A stretch of DNA of 64,000 nt from positions 928,001 through 992,000 of the forward strand of contig OY969554.1 of the NCBI GenBank assembly GCA_963700985.1. The letters are read 5' to 3'. Position 1 is the stretch's first letter. Each line of letters starts with the position of its first letter. The position numbers and the translations under genes were made by a program. Source of the stretch: an uncultured Chlamydiales bacterium. Lineage in GTDB: Bacteria > Chlamydiota > Chlamydiia > Chlamydiales > Rhabdochlamydiaceae. The notes under the pieces were generated by a model, which worked only from the letters and a program-made list of their open reading frames with translations, was not told the origin of the DNA and did no database searches. Positions 50,418 through 61,485 of the stretch are shown in pieces.

Positions 50418-51590
50418 ATGCACGACGAACCGATCAGAACCTCTCGCGTCAATCCGATCGAATCTCAGCGCGCCCAACAGGCGAGAAAAGCTGAAGAGGC
50501 GGGCCGCTATGCCATGCAAGCGGAAAGCATCGAAAATGAGTTTACCCAATGGACTGAGACTGCAGCTTTTAACCCTCTTGCCATGGCAAGACGTTTTGAA
50601 ACCCTAGAGACACGCACGCGTAGAAAAGAAAAAGAGAGCGAAACAGAAAAAGCCGAAAAAGAAGGCATTCAAGAAGTCCAAGCTGCTGAAGAGATCTCCG
50701 AACAGTTTGAGCGTAAAAATCCCGAGCTGAGTTCACGCACGCTGCTGCAGCTGCGCGCACGCGCAAGCGGCAAAGATACTAAAGACGGGCTGCTCAAAAA
50801 GGTCCTTGATACCTATCCCGACTTCTCTCTTGCAGATGAAGCATTGGATTACCTAATCCAATCAGGCGATGCTGAGCTCATTAAAGTTGCACGAGAAGTA
50901 AAAAAAGAGATCAATACGATCTATGCGCGTGAAATTAAAGCGGGTAGAAATATCGCGCTTGAAGCTAGGCAGTTCTCGTCTCAAGGCTTAGGAAGCCCCA
51001 CCGCGCTTCGCGATCTCTATCGCGACATCACAGGCAATCCACGTGACGCCCTGACACTTTTCGATCAGCTCTGCGGCTCTTATGAATATGATAAGATGAA
51101 GACCATCATCGACTTTGTGCTTCACTCCCTTGGTGCAGATCTTAAATCTAAAGGCCCATCAATTTCACCTGGAGAGCTGCATCGCCTTTTTTCTGAAGCA
51201 CGCGATATGCAAGCTATCTTAGGTGTCTTTCGCTTCTTTCGCACACGTATGAATCTTATCACTTCTTCATTTCAAAGAAGCGGCATTGCTCTTCCTGGTC
51301 GTATCACCTTCGAACTTCTATCCAGGCTCTTCATGAAATATCTGCAAGAGCGCTACCCTACAAGCGACAAGGTGATGCAAATGGCTATTCAACTAGCTTT
51401 ATCGGAAGAGGAAGAAGCCCAAATCATCATCTTTACGCAGATGCGTGATGCCATAAGACAGGTTGCGCCCAAACTCTATCGATCGAATCAACATCGCCAA
51501 GACGCCCTTATGTCTTTTATCGAAGCGTTGGAAGAGCTTGAAGAAGATGAAGATGATGAGCAAGAGCACCCCAAAAAGCAGAAAAAATAA
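50418..51590 (+). CDS. sctW: T3SS gatekeeper CopN/SctW
   Basis: LADEALD, AGRNI, LRDLYRDIT; synteny with the chaperone and malQ. Start is ATG 50418 or GTG 50400. Confidence 0.88.
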   Translation: MHDEPIRTSRVNPIESQRAQQARKAEEAGRYAMQAESIENEFTQWTETAAFNPLAMARRFETLETRTRRKEKESETEKAEKEGIQEVQAAEEISEQFERKNPELSSRTLLQLRARASGKDTKDGLLKKVLDTYPDFSLADEALDYLIQSGDAELIKVAREVKKEINTIYAREIKAGRNIALEARQFSSQGLGSPTALRDLYRDITGNPRDALTLFDQLCGSYEYDKMKTIIDFVLHSLGADLKSKGPSISPGELHRLFSEARDMQAILGVFRFFRTRMNLITSSFQRSGIALPGRITFELLSRLFMKYLQERYPTSDKVMQMAIQLALSEEEEAQIIIFTQMRDAIRQVAPKLYRSNQHRQDALMSFIEALEELEEDEDDEQEHPKKQKK

Positions 51591-51600
51591 GATTTAAGTT

Positions 51601-52050
51601 ATGGATCGCTTTCAAGCCCTACTCAATCAGATCAGTCCGCTTATTCATGTGCCACTTTATTCTGATCGCAAGCGCGCCGTACGCCTCACTGTAAATGAGA
51701 CCTTGCATATTCAAATCGAAGATGATGAACCTAAAGATAGACTCCTGATCGCAACTTTTATCAGCGAAATTCCTGCTGGAAAATATCGTGAAAATCTACT
51801 TAAAGAAGGGCTTAAAGCCAACGTACCCTATCCGAGAATCGGCACCTTTGCGTATTCGGAACGCAATAACCAGCTCTGTCTTTTCGAATATCTAGCTTAT
51901 CCGAATCTTACAGGTGAAAAAGTTGCCGACAGGCTGGCCAGTTTTATTGAAAAATCCCTGCTCTGGCGCAAAGCTATCGAAGGAGGGATCCTTCCCACAA
52001 GTAATGATAACGAAATAAAAGTTAACAGGTCTGTTTTCGAACATTTATGA
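51601..52050 (+). CDS. CesT/SycE-family T3SS chaperone (Scc1-like)
   Basis: 149 aa, GKYRENLLKEGLKAN; directly after copN. Confidence 0.85.
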   Translation: MDRFQALLNQISPLIHVPLYSDRKRAVRLTVNETLHIQIEDDEPKDRLLIATFISEIPAGKYRENLLKEGLKANVPYPRIGTFAYSERNNQLCLFEYLAYPNLTGEKVADRLASFIEKSLLWRKAIEGGILPTSNDNEIKVNRSVFEHL

Positions 52051-53672
52051 CAGCCGATCTAAAAAAAACACTCTTAGACTCGCTCGCCGGCCCGCATTGG
52101 GATAAAATCGGCATCTCCCATCATCATGGCTTCGATCTACCGCTCTCTGCGCTACACAGCAAAAATAGTTGCGGCATCGGTGAATTTTTCGATCTTATTC
52201 CTATGATCGACTGGTGCAAACAGCTTAAAATGGATGTGATTCAACTGCTGCCACTGAATGATTCTGGGAATGATCCTAGCCCTTACAACGCGCAGTCAGC
52301 ATGCGCCTTAAACCCCATCTATCTATCTCTTTATAAACTGCCTTATCTCGACGAAATACCCGAGCTCAAAAAGGATCTAGAAGAGCTACAACTTCTGACA
52401 AAAACGCAGAAAATCGCTTACCACCAAGTCAAAATTCAAAAGCTCTATTGGCTGCGTCTCTATTTTTATAACGTGGGCGCAAAGCTGATAAAGCTGGATG
52501 ATTTCCAACAGTTCATTAAAGATAATGACTGGGCAATTTCTTATGGACTCTTCAAAGTTCTCAAAGACATCTTAGAGCAAGGTCGCTGGCAATATTGGCC
52601 TGATGAACTTAAAAATCTCTCTGCAAAGCGCTATAAGGAACTCGTCGATCTCTACTGGCCTCAAATCGGCTTCTATCTCTGCCTCCAATATCTCTGTTAT
52701 TCCCAGCTGAAAAGCGTCAAAGAATATGCTGCAAAGATGAATGTACTATTGAAAGGAGATATACCCATCCTTATCAGCCCCGATAGTGTGGACGTCTGGC
52801 ATCACACAGATCTTTTTAACTTAGATTACGCGGCTGGCGCACCTCCAGATCCTTATAGCCCCGAACAACAATATTGGGGATTTCCGCTCTACCGTTGGGA
52901 TGTCAAAAAGAAAACTGGATATAGCTGGTGGAAAAAACGCCTGCAAGTAGCCAGCAATTTTTTCGATCTATACCGCTTAGATCATGTAGTTGGACTCTTC
53001 CGCATCTGGGCAATTCCTGTGGGCGAGCCACAAACTCTCGGCCACTTTATACCGACAGATGAGTCTCTTTGGATTCCTCAAGGTAAAGAGCTGCTTACTA
53101 TGATGCTCACATCTTTCATGATGCTGCCGATTGCCGAAGACCTTGGTACAGTCTCGCCAGATATCCGCCTCTGCCTTACACAGCTGGGTATACCTGGTAC
53201 AAAAGTCATGCGTTGGGAGCGTTATTGGCAGGAAGATAAGCGATTTATTCCAGAAAATGACTATCCGCCTATTAGCATGACTTGCGTATCTACACACGAC
53301 TCAGAAACACTTACGCTCTGGTGGAAAGATTCAACAAAAGAAGCCATAGATTATGCAACCTTCAAAGGATGGGATTACAAACCAGATCTCTCAAAAGACC
53401 AACGCAAAGAGATCTTATGGGATAGCCATCATACCGCCAGCCTCTTCCATATCAATCTTCTTCAAGAGTATCTCGCTCTCTTTCCAGAACTGATCTGGTC
53501 GAATCCCTATGACGAACGCATCAACGTTCCGGGCAAAGTTCTCTCCTCAAATTGGACCTATCGCTTTCGCCCCAGTGTTGAAGAGCTTATCGCTCACACA
53601 GGACTAAAACAAGAAATCCAAGAAATCATCTCCTCTCCCACCGTTAAATCCTTAGTTAGTAAGAGTGCTTGA
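52047..53672 (+). CDS. malQ: 4-alpha-glucanotransferase (GH77)
   Basis: SPYN, GAPPD, RLDH, AEDLG, STHD. Confidence 0.96.
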   Translation: MTADLKKTLLDSLAGPHWDKIGISHHHGFDLPLSALHSKNSCGIGEFFDLIPMIDWCKQLKMDVIQLLPLNDSGNDPSPYNAQSACALNPIYLSLYKLPYLDEIPELKKDLEELQLLTKTQKIAYHQVKIQKLYWLRLYFYNVGAKLIKLDDFQQFIKDNDWAISYGLFKVLKDILEQGRWQYWPDELKNLSAKRYKELVDLYWPQIGFYLCLQYLCYSQLKSVKEYAAKMNVLLKGDIPILISPDSVDVWHHTDLFNLDYAAGAPPDPYSPEQQYWGFPLYRWDVKKKTGYSWWKKRLQVASNFFDLYRLDHVVGLFRIWAIPVGEPQTLGHFIPTDESLWIPQGKELLTMMLTSFMMLPIAEDLGTVSPDIRLCLTQLGIPGTKVMRWERYWQEDKRFIPENDYPPISMTCVSTHDSETLTLWWKDSTKEAIDYATFKGWDYKPDLSKDQRKEILWDSHHTASLFHINLLQEYLALFPELIWSNPYDERINVPGKVLSSNWTYRFRPSVEELIAHTGLKQEIQEIISSPTVKSLVSKSA

Positions 53673-53737
53673 GCAAAAGAGGTAATTCCGCTAGATTCAG
53701 GCTAATAAATAGAACACTATAACACCTATGCACATCA

Positions 53738-55348
53738 ATGTACCTATGGTCCCTACGTAGCTCCTCCATAATAACGGCGTTGTTTCTTTTGCTTTTTTCT
53801 CCGCTTGCGCTCTCGGCCAGAGAACGTCCAGATGCAAAAGAAGCAAAGAAGGCCTCTCTTTCTATAGAGGAACTCAAATTAAAATCTCTCTTTAACAGCT
53901 TAGACCCTCTCTCAATTACTCAACATTTAGCCTTCTACGAACTCTATCCTAACTCCAGCTACGGACAAGAAGCGCTTTCTAAAGCTTGGCAGCTTTTAAA
54001 CGGCGGAAAAGAGATCAATGGCGCCACAAACCTTCCCTTTCCCAAGTTCGACATCCAAGCCATCATCTCGCTGATTACACGCCAATCCTACGACACTCCC
54101 CCTCTGCTGAATGCGGAGCAACTCGCACTCATTGAAAAATTCAGCGAAAGCCTAGCTAACTATAAGCTTAAAGGCCACCAGACATGGAAAAATGAAGAGC
54201 TCTCCCAGCTTCCTTCCGAAGAAATAGATCTGGCTCGTGCACTGCTTCTCTATCAATTCGATCAGCATCAAGATCCTCTATTTGCCGCCAGACAATATGA
54301 AGCCAGCATCGATCTCATGGCCTTGCAAATCCGCGCACGCTTAACACCTAATGCCTCCGACGAAGAGAAGATCCGTGAAATCAATCGCTTCATCTTCCAA
54401 GAAATGCTCTTTCGCTTCCCGCCCCATTCGCTGCATGCTAAAGACATCGATTTATATACTTTTCTTCCCTCAGTACTCGACAATCGCCAGGGCGTCTGCC
54501 TAGGCGTTTCCATCCTCTACCTCTGCTTGGCTCAACGCTTAGATCTGCATCTTGAAATCATCACACCACCAGGTCACATTTTCTTGCGTTACGAAGGCAG
54601 TGACGGCAAAGTGATCAACATCGAAACAACTGCGCGTGGCATCCATCTGCCCGATGAAGTCTATTTAGGCATCAATACACGCAAACTCGAAAAGCGCACC
54701 ATGAAAGAAGTTGTCGGGCTGGCTTTTATGAACCAAGCTTCCGTCTTCTGGGGAAAAGAAGATTACAAAACCACAGTTGAGCTGTATGAAAAAGCACAAC
54801 GCTTTCTTGGCGACGATCGCTTATTGAAAATGTTTCTAGGTATGAACTACTTATTCATAGGCAAAAAGAAAGAAGGCAAAATGCTCCTTCAAGAACTCAG
54901 CAACTACACCTTCGATTCCGCCGTTTCAGCGGAAACATTACCCGATGATTATCTCAAAGGCAGAATTGATGCTGACGGACTTAAAGTGATCTTCTTGCCC
55001 GTAGATGAAACGCGTGCTTCTGTAGTTGAAAAACAGAAACAGCTAAAACAACTACTGCAGCGCTACCCCCTTTTTCGCGCCGGTGTATTCCAACTCGCCA
55101 CCACCTGGCTACAACTCGGTAGAGGCAGCGAAGCTTTAGAAGTTCTCGAACAATATCATAAGATCGACCCTAACTCATCCACAGTCGAATATTATCTCTC
55201 TTCAATTTCCTTGCAGCGCATGGACTATCTAAATGCTTGGAAATTTCTCAAAAACGCCGAAGCGCTTACACAAGCGCGCGATCATAATCCCAAAGCCTTA
55301 AAAGGCATGCGCAGCCAACTTCGCCACATGTGCCCCGACCCGAATTAA
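53738..55348 (+). CDS. Transglutaminase-like (SirB1-type) domain protein with TPR-like repeats
   Basis: GVCLG...PGHIFLRY...NIET candidate triad; helical C-terminus; signal peptide. Confidence 0.8.
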   Translation: MYLWSLRSSSIITALFLLLFSPLALSARERPDAKEAKKASLSIEELKLKSLFNSLDPLSITQHLAFYELYPNSSYGQEALSKAWQLLNGGKEINGATNLPFPKFDIQAIISLITRQSYDTPPLLNAEQLALIEKFSESLANYKLKGHQTWKNEELSQLPSEEIDLARALLLYQFDQHQDPLFAARQYEASIDLMALQIRARLTPNASDEEKIREINRFIFQEMLFRFPPHSLHAKDIDLYTFLPSVLDNRQGVCLGVSILYLCLAQRLDLHLEIITPPGHIFLRYEGSDGKVINIETTARGIHLPDEVYLGINTRKLEKRTMKEVVGLAFMNQASVFWGKEDYKTTVELYEKAQRFLGDDRLLKMFLGMNYLFIGKKKEGKMLLQELSNYTFDSAVSAETLPDDYLKGRIDADGLKVIFLPVDETRASVVEKQKQLKQLLQRYPLFRAGVFQLATTWLQLGRGSEALEVLEQYHKIDPNSSTVEYYLSSISLQRMDYLNAWKFLKNAEALTQARDHNPKALKGMRSQLRHMCPDPN

Positions 55349-55466
55349 ACCATTCCCTCCTCTCTTTTTTTCGTGCCCGTGCCCGCGTGAGTGCCCGATC
55401 TTTTTTTTCTTTTAATAGTTGCGGATTTGATCCTCTTCTCTTAAAAAGAAGAAAAAGAGGCCCATC

Positions 55467-55931
55467 ATGTTTTTAAGAATTTCTATTTTCTGTCTTGCTA
55501 ACTTTTTTGCTGCGGGCGAGCTCATAGCAGTTAGCCTAGATCAAATGATGACGCCTGCTGATAAAGAACAAACCGGCTATTCCAGTCTAAATGCAGCCCA
55601 AAGACAAGCCCTTGACACTTGGGTTGGACAAAATTTTTCTCCCAAAAGCTCAACCTCTCAAGCTCAGGGTGTAAAAAAAGGGAATTCCAAAATCGAATAT
55701 TCCACCCTTTCTCTCTCGCTTAATATCGACAGCGGCCAAAAGCTCATCTTAAGCGATAACTCTCAGTGGGAAGTTGCACCAAGTGACGTAGATACAGCTT
55801 CTACATGGCTCTCGCCAGTCCAAATCAGCATCCGCCCTAGCGACGATCCCAACTATCCTCAAAAGCTCGTCAACCTGGAGACTAATACCTGGGTTAAAGT
55901 AAGACGGGTAGCCCCTATCCCTTCTGAATAG
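55467..55931 (+). CDS. Hypothetical exported protein
   Basis: Signal peptide, GAGG RBS, LSDNSQWEV...W motif. Confidence 0.8.
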   Translation: MFLRISIFCLANFFAAGELIAVSLDQMMTPADKEQTGYSSLNAAQRQALDTWVGQNFSPKSSTSQAQGVKKGNSKIEYSTLSLSLNIDSGQKLILSDNSQWEVAPSDVDTASTWLSPVQISIRPSDDPNYPQKLVNLETNTWVKVRRVAPIPSE

Positions 55932-55962
55932 AAGTATGATTTTCGGCATTTGTCGCAAAAGA

Positions 55963-57009
55963 TTAATCTAAGCGATTTATCTTATATCGGGATGCTTTTT
56001 TGATCCCTTCTTGAGAGATAAGTCCTTTTTCTATCAAGTCAGCTAGATCTCTTTGCAAAGATCGTCTATTAACTCCAGGACAGAGAGATTCATAATCCTG
56101 GATCGTAAAATCTTCTTCTCTTACTAGCAGACTTTCCAAAGCTTGTTTTTGTCTTTCAGAAAGCTTGTATTGATGCACCAAAACATCCAATTTCATCGCA
56201 TGAGATCCTTTTTGCTGGATTTCACGCATTTGGGTCTCTAGCGCCTTGGTGAAATATTCGAGCCAGCTTGTCAGATCCATGTTGTTGTTTCTGACTGATT
56301 GGAGTGCTTGATAGTAATCTTGTCGATTCCGATCGTAATACTCACTAATTGTAAAAAGTCTTTTAAAGTCATAGCCTGAGCGATAGAGACATAAAGTAGA
56401 CAATAGTCGAGATGTTCTGCCATTACCATCGATAAAAGGATGGATATGGACGAGCTGAAACTGCGCGATCCCAGCTACAAGCACGGCAGGAATTGTTCGT
56501 TCATTCTGCAGCCAATCCACCAATTCATCCATATGGATAGGAACATCGTAGGGTGCTGGCGGAGTATAAATAATCTCTCGGGTTTTTGAATTAGCCACGT
56601 AATTTTGAATAGCCCTGTATTGCCCTGGCTGAGCACTATTTCCTCGCACGCCTTCGACAAGACGCCTATGAATTTCCCTAATTAGAGCTTCGGTGATTGC
56701 TCCTTGAGAAAACACATAATCCGCAACAAAATCAAAAGCCTTTCTATAATTCAGCAGCTCCTTTACATCTTCTGAATCGACACCAGACATTTTTTCTCCA
56801 GCAATGAGCCTCTCAGACTGGTCCAGGCTTAAATGCGTACCTTCTATATGCGTTGTATGGTGAGCTTCCAAAATCAAGGCACGGGCCTGCATTTTAGACA
56901 CCCAATCTTTCGAAAGCTTGGCAGCTTCAAGAAATCCTCGAGTACGTTCAATTGCAGTAAGCGCAGATGCAATGGCGATAGAAATTGTGAATTTTGGTTG
57001 AAAAGGCAT
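55963..57009 (-). CDS. Fic family protein with C-terminal winged HTH
   Basis: [12 protein letters not shown] Fic motif, HTTHIEG inhibitory motif, [14 protein letters not shown]. Confidence 0.95.
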   Translation of the reverse strand: MPFQPKFTISIAIASALTAIERTRGFLEAAKLSKDWVSKMQARALILEAHHTTHIEGTHLSLDQSERLIAGEKMSGVDSEDVKELLNYRKAFDFVADYVFSQGAITEALIREIHRRLVEGVRGNSAQPGQYRAIQNYVANSKTREIIYTPPAPYDVPIHMDELVDWLQNERTIPAVLVAGIAQFQLVHIHPFIDGNGRTSRLLSTLCLYRSGYDFKRLFTISEYYDRNRQDYYQALQSVRNNNMDLTSWLEYFTKALETQMREIQQKGSHAMKLDVLVHQYKLSERQKQALESLLVREEDFTIQDYESLCPGVNRRSLQRDLADLIEKGLISQEGIKKASRYKINRLD

Positions 57010-57012
57010 GTT

Positions 57013-57130
57013 TTTACGACACTTTTTTCTTTATTATGTCACAAAAAAGCACCTTTGACAACTCTCTTTTGATATTTACGACACTTTTACGACGCTTTTT
57101 ACGACATAATCTTCCAAAAAATGTCGTAAA
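57013..57130. repeat. TTTACGAC repeat cluster upstream of fic
   Basis: Copies at 57013, 57075, 57086 and 57098; inverted copy at 57123. Confidence 0.8.
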
Positions 57131-57272
57131 AATGGGGTTAAAAATAAGCAGAATTTGTGACTTAAGCACCTAGTTCTCCACCTCTACCAAGAAGCTCAGG
57201 CAGCGGCCTTGCACTCCAGCGGCGCATTCAGCAATCTCTAATTTAAGTCAGAAGAGTCGAAAGAACGCAAAG

Positions 57273-58691
57273 CTATTTACGGTGCTTAATCTTATTTAAG
57301 CCATTGAGGGCTGCAATGCGGTAACCTTCGGCATAGGTGGGATAATTAAAGACCTGATCGATGAAATAATCCAGCCGCGCACTAAAGCTCATGGCTACCT
57401 GGCCAATGTGAATCAGTTCGGTCGCAGCACGACCAATAATATGAATGCCTAGAATTTCTAGTGTATCTGCGTGGAAAAGAATCTTAAACAGCCCAGGGTC
57501 ATTGCCAGAGATCTGATTACGGGCGATCTCATAATAATACGCACGCCCCACTTCATAACGAAAACCTAGCTCTTTAAGCTGAGTTTCGGTGTAGCCGCAT
57601 GAAGAGATCTCAGGGATGGTATAAATGCCGATAGGATAGAGAGTCGGGAAGTGATGCGTAGTGACCCCAAATGCATGACGGCTAGCGAGGCGCCCTTGCT
57701 CCATGCTCGTCGAAGCAAGTGCAGGCAAGCCAATCACATCACCGGCCGCGTAAATATGTGGTACCACGGTTTGAAAGAGCGCATTCACCGGAATGTAGCC
57801 CTGCTTATCCACCGCAATGCCCGCTTTTTCTATCTGCAGCCGTTCGACATTCGCCTCACGGCCTAATGCATAGAGCAGCACCTCTGCACGCAAGATCTGT
57901 CCATCGTTGAATAGAGCTTCAACGTGATCATCTTTGCGGGAGACTTTTTCAAGCTGGACATTACCCACCACTTTCAATCCTAAACTACTTAGAGCCTTCT
58001 GCAGATGGATCCCGATTTCATCATCGAGGAGTGGAAGAAGATGCGGACGTTTATCTGCCACAGTGACTTCAGTGCCTAGCGCAGCAAAAAAGCTCGCATA
58101 CTCTGAACCAACAATGCCGCCACCCAGCACAAGCATCGTTTTGGGCACATGGTCGATACTTAAAAGACGCGTGGAATCGAGAATTTTTTCATTGTCGAAG
58201 GGAATATTCATGGGGTTGCGCGGCTGCGATCCACTAGAAATAAGGAAATACTCGCCTTTGATACGCTGCAAGACCTTTCCCTGCTCATCTTCGATAAAAA
58301 TGAGGTGGGGATCTTCAAAACGCGCTCGGCCTGCAATCAGGCGGATCTTATTTCTTTCAAATTGCCGTAATAATACCTTGCGCTGTTCGTCTAGAATTTT
58401 ATTGAGACGGTAGTTGAGATCATTAATCGAGACCTCTTTTTTCAAGCTCTCTTGACCGTAAAAACTTCTCTTATAAAAATCTGTTAAATCGAGAATTGCC
58501 TCTCTTAGTGATTTAGACGGGATTGTGCCTGAATTGAGGGAAGCACCCCCAATCACATCTTTTTCGATCACAATGACCGATTTTCCCAGCTTAGCAGCTT
58601 GGACAGCGGCTTTCTGACCTGCCGGCCCCGACCCGATGATCACAAAATCTGCGTAGAGTTCTTCCGGCACCTCTTCGAACCTCCAGTCCAT
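57273..58691 (-). CDS. sthA: Soluble pyridine nucleotide transhydrogenase
   Basis: [29 protein letters not shown]. Confidence 0.92.
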   Translation of the reverse strand: MDWRFEEVPEELYADFVIIGSGPAGQKAAVQAAKLGKSVIVIEKDVIGGASLNSGTIPSKSLREAILDLTDFYKRSFYGQESLKKEVSINDLNYRLNKILDEQRKVLLRQFERNKIRLIAGRARFEDPHLIFIEDEQGKVLQRIKGEYFLISSGSQPRNPMNIPFDNEKILDSTRLLSIDHVPKTMLVLGGGIVGSEYASFFAALGTEVTVADKRPHLLPLLDDEIGIHLQKALSSLGLKVVGNVQLEKVSRKDDHVEALFNDGQILRAEVLLYALGREANVERLQIEKAGIAVDKQGYIPVNALFQTVVPHIYAAGDVIGLPALASTSMEQGRLASRHAFGVTTHHFPTLYPIGIYTIPEISSCGYTETQLKELGFRYEVGRAYYYEIARNQISGNDPGLFKILFHADTLEILGIHIIGRAATELIHIGQVAMSFSARLDYFIDQVFNYPTYAEGYRIAALNGLNKIKHRK

Positions 58692-58816
58692 TAAAAAATA
58701 AACTTAACAATCTAAGCACGCATTGTCAAATTAAACAAGAATCGTCGAAAATGTTGTTCTATAACAAACGAGTTGTTATGATCGCCCTCATTCAACATTT
58801 GTTCACGAGTAAGAAG

Positions 58817-59092
58817 ATGCCAAGAAAATGTCAAGTAACAGGCAAAACCCCAGCTAGGGGCAACAGCTACGCAATCCGCGGGATTGCCAAAAAGAAAAAA
58901 GGGATCGGCCTTAAAGTTACAGGTGTAACTAAGCGCCGCTTTAACCCTAATTTGATCAAAAAACGCTTCTGGTTTGGCGAAGAGAACCGCTTCGTGACAC
59001 TGACACTTTCAGCTCACGGAATGCGCATTCTCGATAAGCGCGGCCTAGCCCCTGTAGTTCGCGAAATGCGCGCTGCCGGTGAAAAAATCTAA
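58817..59092 (+). CDS. rpmB: 50S ribosomal protein L28
   Basis: [10 protein letters not shown]...KRRFNPNL. Confidence 0.97.
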   Translation: MPRKCQVTGKTPARGNSYAIRGIAKKKKGIGLKVTGVTKRRFNPNLIKKRFWFGEENRFVTLTLSAHGMRILDKRGLAPVVREMRAAGEKI

Positions 59093-60056
59093 GCAGAAGC
59101 TTTTTGCACTTTTTCTAAGCATAGCCGCAATTTTTTGCGGCTATATTTGGATTGCCCTTGCGGCTCCTACAGAACTCGTTCCAAGCCCTTCGAATCCCCT
59201 TCTACTCTACTCGAATCAATCTCGCAACGATCTACAAACGCTCTTTGCTCAGGCTATTAAAGAAGCAAAAAACTCCCTGCATATCTCCATGTATGCTCTG
59301 ACCGACCCCTACCTCCTTTCATTGCTGAACAAGCAGGCTAAAAAAGGTGTAAAAACAACCATTTTTTATGATCCTACCGCCACGACAGAACTTCCCCTCA
59401 ATGACCACTGTTTTGCCTATCCGATCCATTTAAGCGGCGCGCTTATGCATCGAAAAATCTTGATCGCAGATAACGAGAAGGTATTTATCGGTTCGGCCAA
59501 CTTCACCACCACTTCTTTAAAAATTCACGATAACCTCGTAGCTGGGATCTTTCACCCCGAACTTGCGCATTTTTTAACCCATTGTGAAAGTTCATTTTTT
59601 AATTTTACAAATGGCGAGCTCTGGCTCTTGCCATCCATGGAAGCCTTAGAGCGCCTAATAAAACTCTTACAAACGGCCAAAAACCAGATCTATGTGGCCA
59701 TGTTCACCTTGACCCATCCGCGATTAACTCAGGCCTTAATTGACGCCCATGAACGCAAGGTCGATGTCCGAATAGCGGTAGACCACTACACCGCCGAAGG
59801 AGCCAGCCTATCTACGTTAAATGCCCTGCGGCAGGCGGGCATCCCTATTCATCTTTCAAGCGGCCAGCAGCTATTCCATCATAAGTGGGCCCTGATTGAC
59901 CAATCCACCCTCGTTCTAGGCTCGGCGAATTGGACAAAGGCCGCCTTTACGCATAACCAGGACTGCTTTATTATCTTGCCTGATCTTGCTTCAAAACAAA
60001 AAAATCAAATTAAGAAGATCTGGGAAATTATTGAATTAGAATCTATTGAACAATAA
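59079..60056 (+). CDS. Phospholipase D family protein
   Basis: Two HKD motifs (HRKILIAD...[12 protein letters not shown]...GSAN). Confidence 0.93.
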   Translation: MKKSKQKLFALFLSIAAIFCGYIWIALAAPTELVPSPSNPLLLYSNQSRNDLQTLFAQAIKEAKNSLHISMYALTDPYLLSLLNKQAKKGVKTTIFYDPTATTELPLNDHCFAYPIHLSGALMHRKILIADNEKVFIGSANFTTTSLKIHDNLVAGIFHPELAHFLTHCESSFFNFTNGELWLLPSMEALERLIKLLQTAKNQIYVAMFTLTHPRLTQALIDAHERKVDVRIAVDHYTAEGASLSTLNALRQAGIPIHLSSGQQLFHHKWALIDQSTLVLGSANWTKAAFTHNQDCFIILPDLASKQKNQIKKIWEIIELESIEQ

Positions 60057-60084
60057 TACGAAGCACTTTAATAATTAAGATTAT

Positions 60085-60687
60085 ATGCACACAATGTGGA
60101 TCATCTTCTCAGTAGCCTTTCCTCTCTTTCTATTGATGGATCCCATCGGTAACGTTCCGCTATTTATCTCCCTCTTGAAGCGATACAACCCGGCAAAACA
60201 ACGCAAAATTATCCTGCGCGAACTCTTTATCGCACTGCTTGTCATCATCAGTTTCAACTTCGTGGGCGATGGGATTCTCGCACTGCTAGCTGTCGAGCAA
60301 TATACGACGATGATCGCCGGCGGGATTATCCTCTTCTTAATCGCGTTGAAAATGATCTTTCCAAATAGCCATGATCATGATGGTGACCTGGCGTATCAGA
60401 AAGAACCTTATATCGTACCTTTAGCGATTCCATTGGTGGCAGGCCCTGCAGTTTTAGCCGCGGTCATGCTCTTTGCACACGATCACCCTATCTCTATCAC
60501 TGTTCCTGCAATTATTATTGCGTGGCTAGCTTCGGTGATTATTCTTCTGGCAAGCTCCTTCTTAAAACATCTGCTCGGCTGGCGCGGGATCTCAGCTTGC
60601 GAACGGCTGATGGGTCTTATCTTAACTCTAATCGCTGTAGAGATGTTCCTCAAAGGACTCACTCTCTATCGGGCAACAGTTACCTAA
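60085..60687 (+). CDS. MarC family membrane protein
   Basis: MDPIGNVP, PLAIPLVAGP, ERLMGLIL. Confidence 0.93.
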   Translation: MHTMWIIFSVAFPLFLLMDPIGNVPLFISLLKRYNPAKQRKIILRELFIALLVIISFNFVGDGILALLAVEQYTTMIAGGIILFLIALKMIFPNSHDHDGDLAYQKEPYIVPLAIPLVAGPAVLAAVMLFAHDHPISITVPAIIIAWLASVIILLASSFLKHLLGWRGISACERLMGLILTLIAVEMFLKGLTLYRATVT

Positions 60688-60694
60688 ACGCTTT

Positions 60695-61453
60695 ATGCAG
60701 AACATCAAAATGACCATTGCCTATGAAGGCACAGCCTATTTGGGCTGGCAGAAAACCCGTACGGGGAAAAGCATTGAAGCGGAATTAGAAATTGCGCTCA
60801 AGCGCATCTTGCAAGAAGAAGTTACGCTGCAAGCTGCAAGCCGCACAGATCGGGGCGTGCATGCCCATGGACAAGTGGTTAACTTCTTTAGACAGCGCAC
60901 CGAAATGGATTTAAACCTCGTACAGAAAGGCTTAAATGCTGTGCTGCCGAAAGATATTTCAGTAAAGTCATTAGAGGAAGTTGAGAGCACATTTCACCCA
61001 ACGCTTAATTGCACCGCTAAAGAATACAATTACATCATTTGCAATACACCCGTGCAACTACCCTTCTTTCGCCATAGTTCTTGGCACGTGAGTGCTCCTC
61101 TTTTGCTAGATGCGATGCGCCAAGCTGCCCAGACACTTTTAGGCGAGCACGACTTCTCTGCTTTCTGCAACGAGCGCGCGCTCTGGTCTAAAAGCAGTAT
61201 CTGCCGGCTTTTAGAAATCACCCTCACCCCTTTTGAAGATGATCGCCTCAAAATCTCCATCATCGGCGACCACTTTCTCTACAAAATGGTGCGCAACATC
61301 GTAGGCACACTGGTTTATGTGGGGATGGGCAAGCTCACCTGGGAAGCAGTGCCTCTGATCCTAGCTCAAAAAGACCGCACGCAAGGGGGCATTACTGCAC
61401 CTGCACACGGCCTTGTGCTTAAGCAGGTTTTTTACACTTCAACTGGTTCTTGA
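60695..61453 (+). CDS. truA: tRNA pseudouridine(38-40) synthase
   Basis: YEGTAYLGWQ, SRTDRGVHA, FLYKMVR. Confidence 0.97.
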   Translation: MQNIKMTIAYEGTAYLGWQKTRTGKSIEAELEIALKRILQEEVTLQAASRTDRGVHAHGQVVNFFRQRTEMDLNLVQKGLNAVLPKDISVKSLEEVESTFHPTLNCTAKEYNYIICNTPVQLPFFRHSSWHVSAPLLLDAMRQAAQTLLGEHDFSAFCNERALWSKSSICRLLEITLTPFEDDRLKISIIGDHFLYKMVRNIVGTLVYVGMGKLTWEAVPLILAQKDRTQGGITAPAHGLVLKQVFYTSTGS

Positions 61454-61485
61454 ACAAAACAGCTTTATTTACCTAAACTGCTGCC

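Noticed and set aside
58500-58560. Missing redox CxxxxC in the flavoprotein
   Set aside because: Expected for soluble transhydrogenases, so not evidence of a pseudogene.
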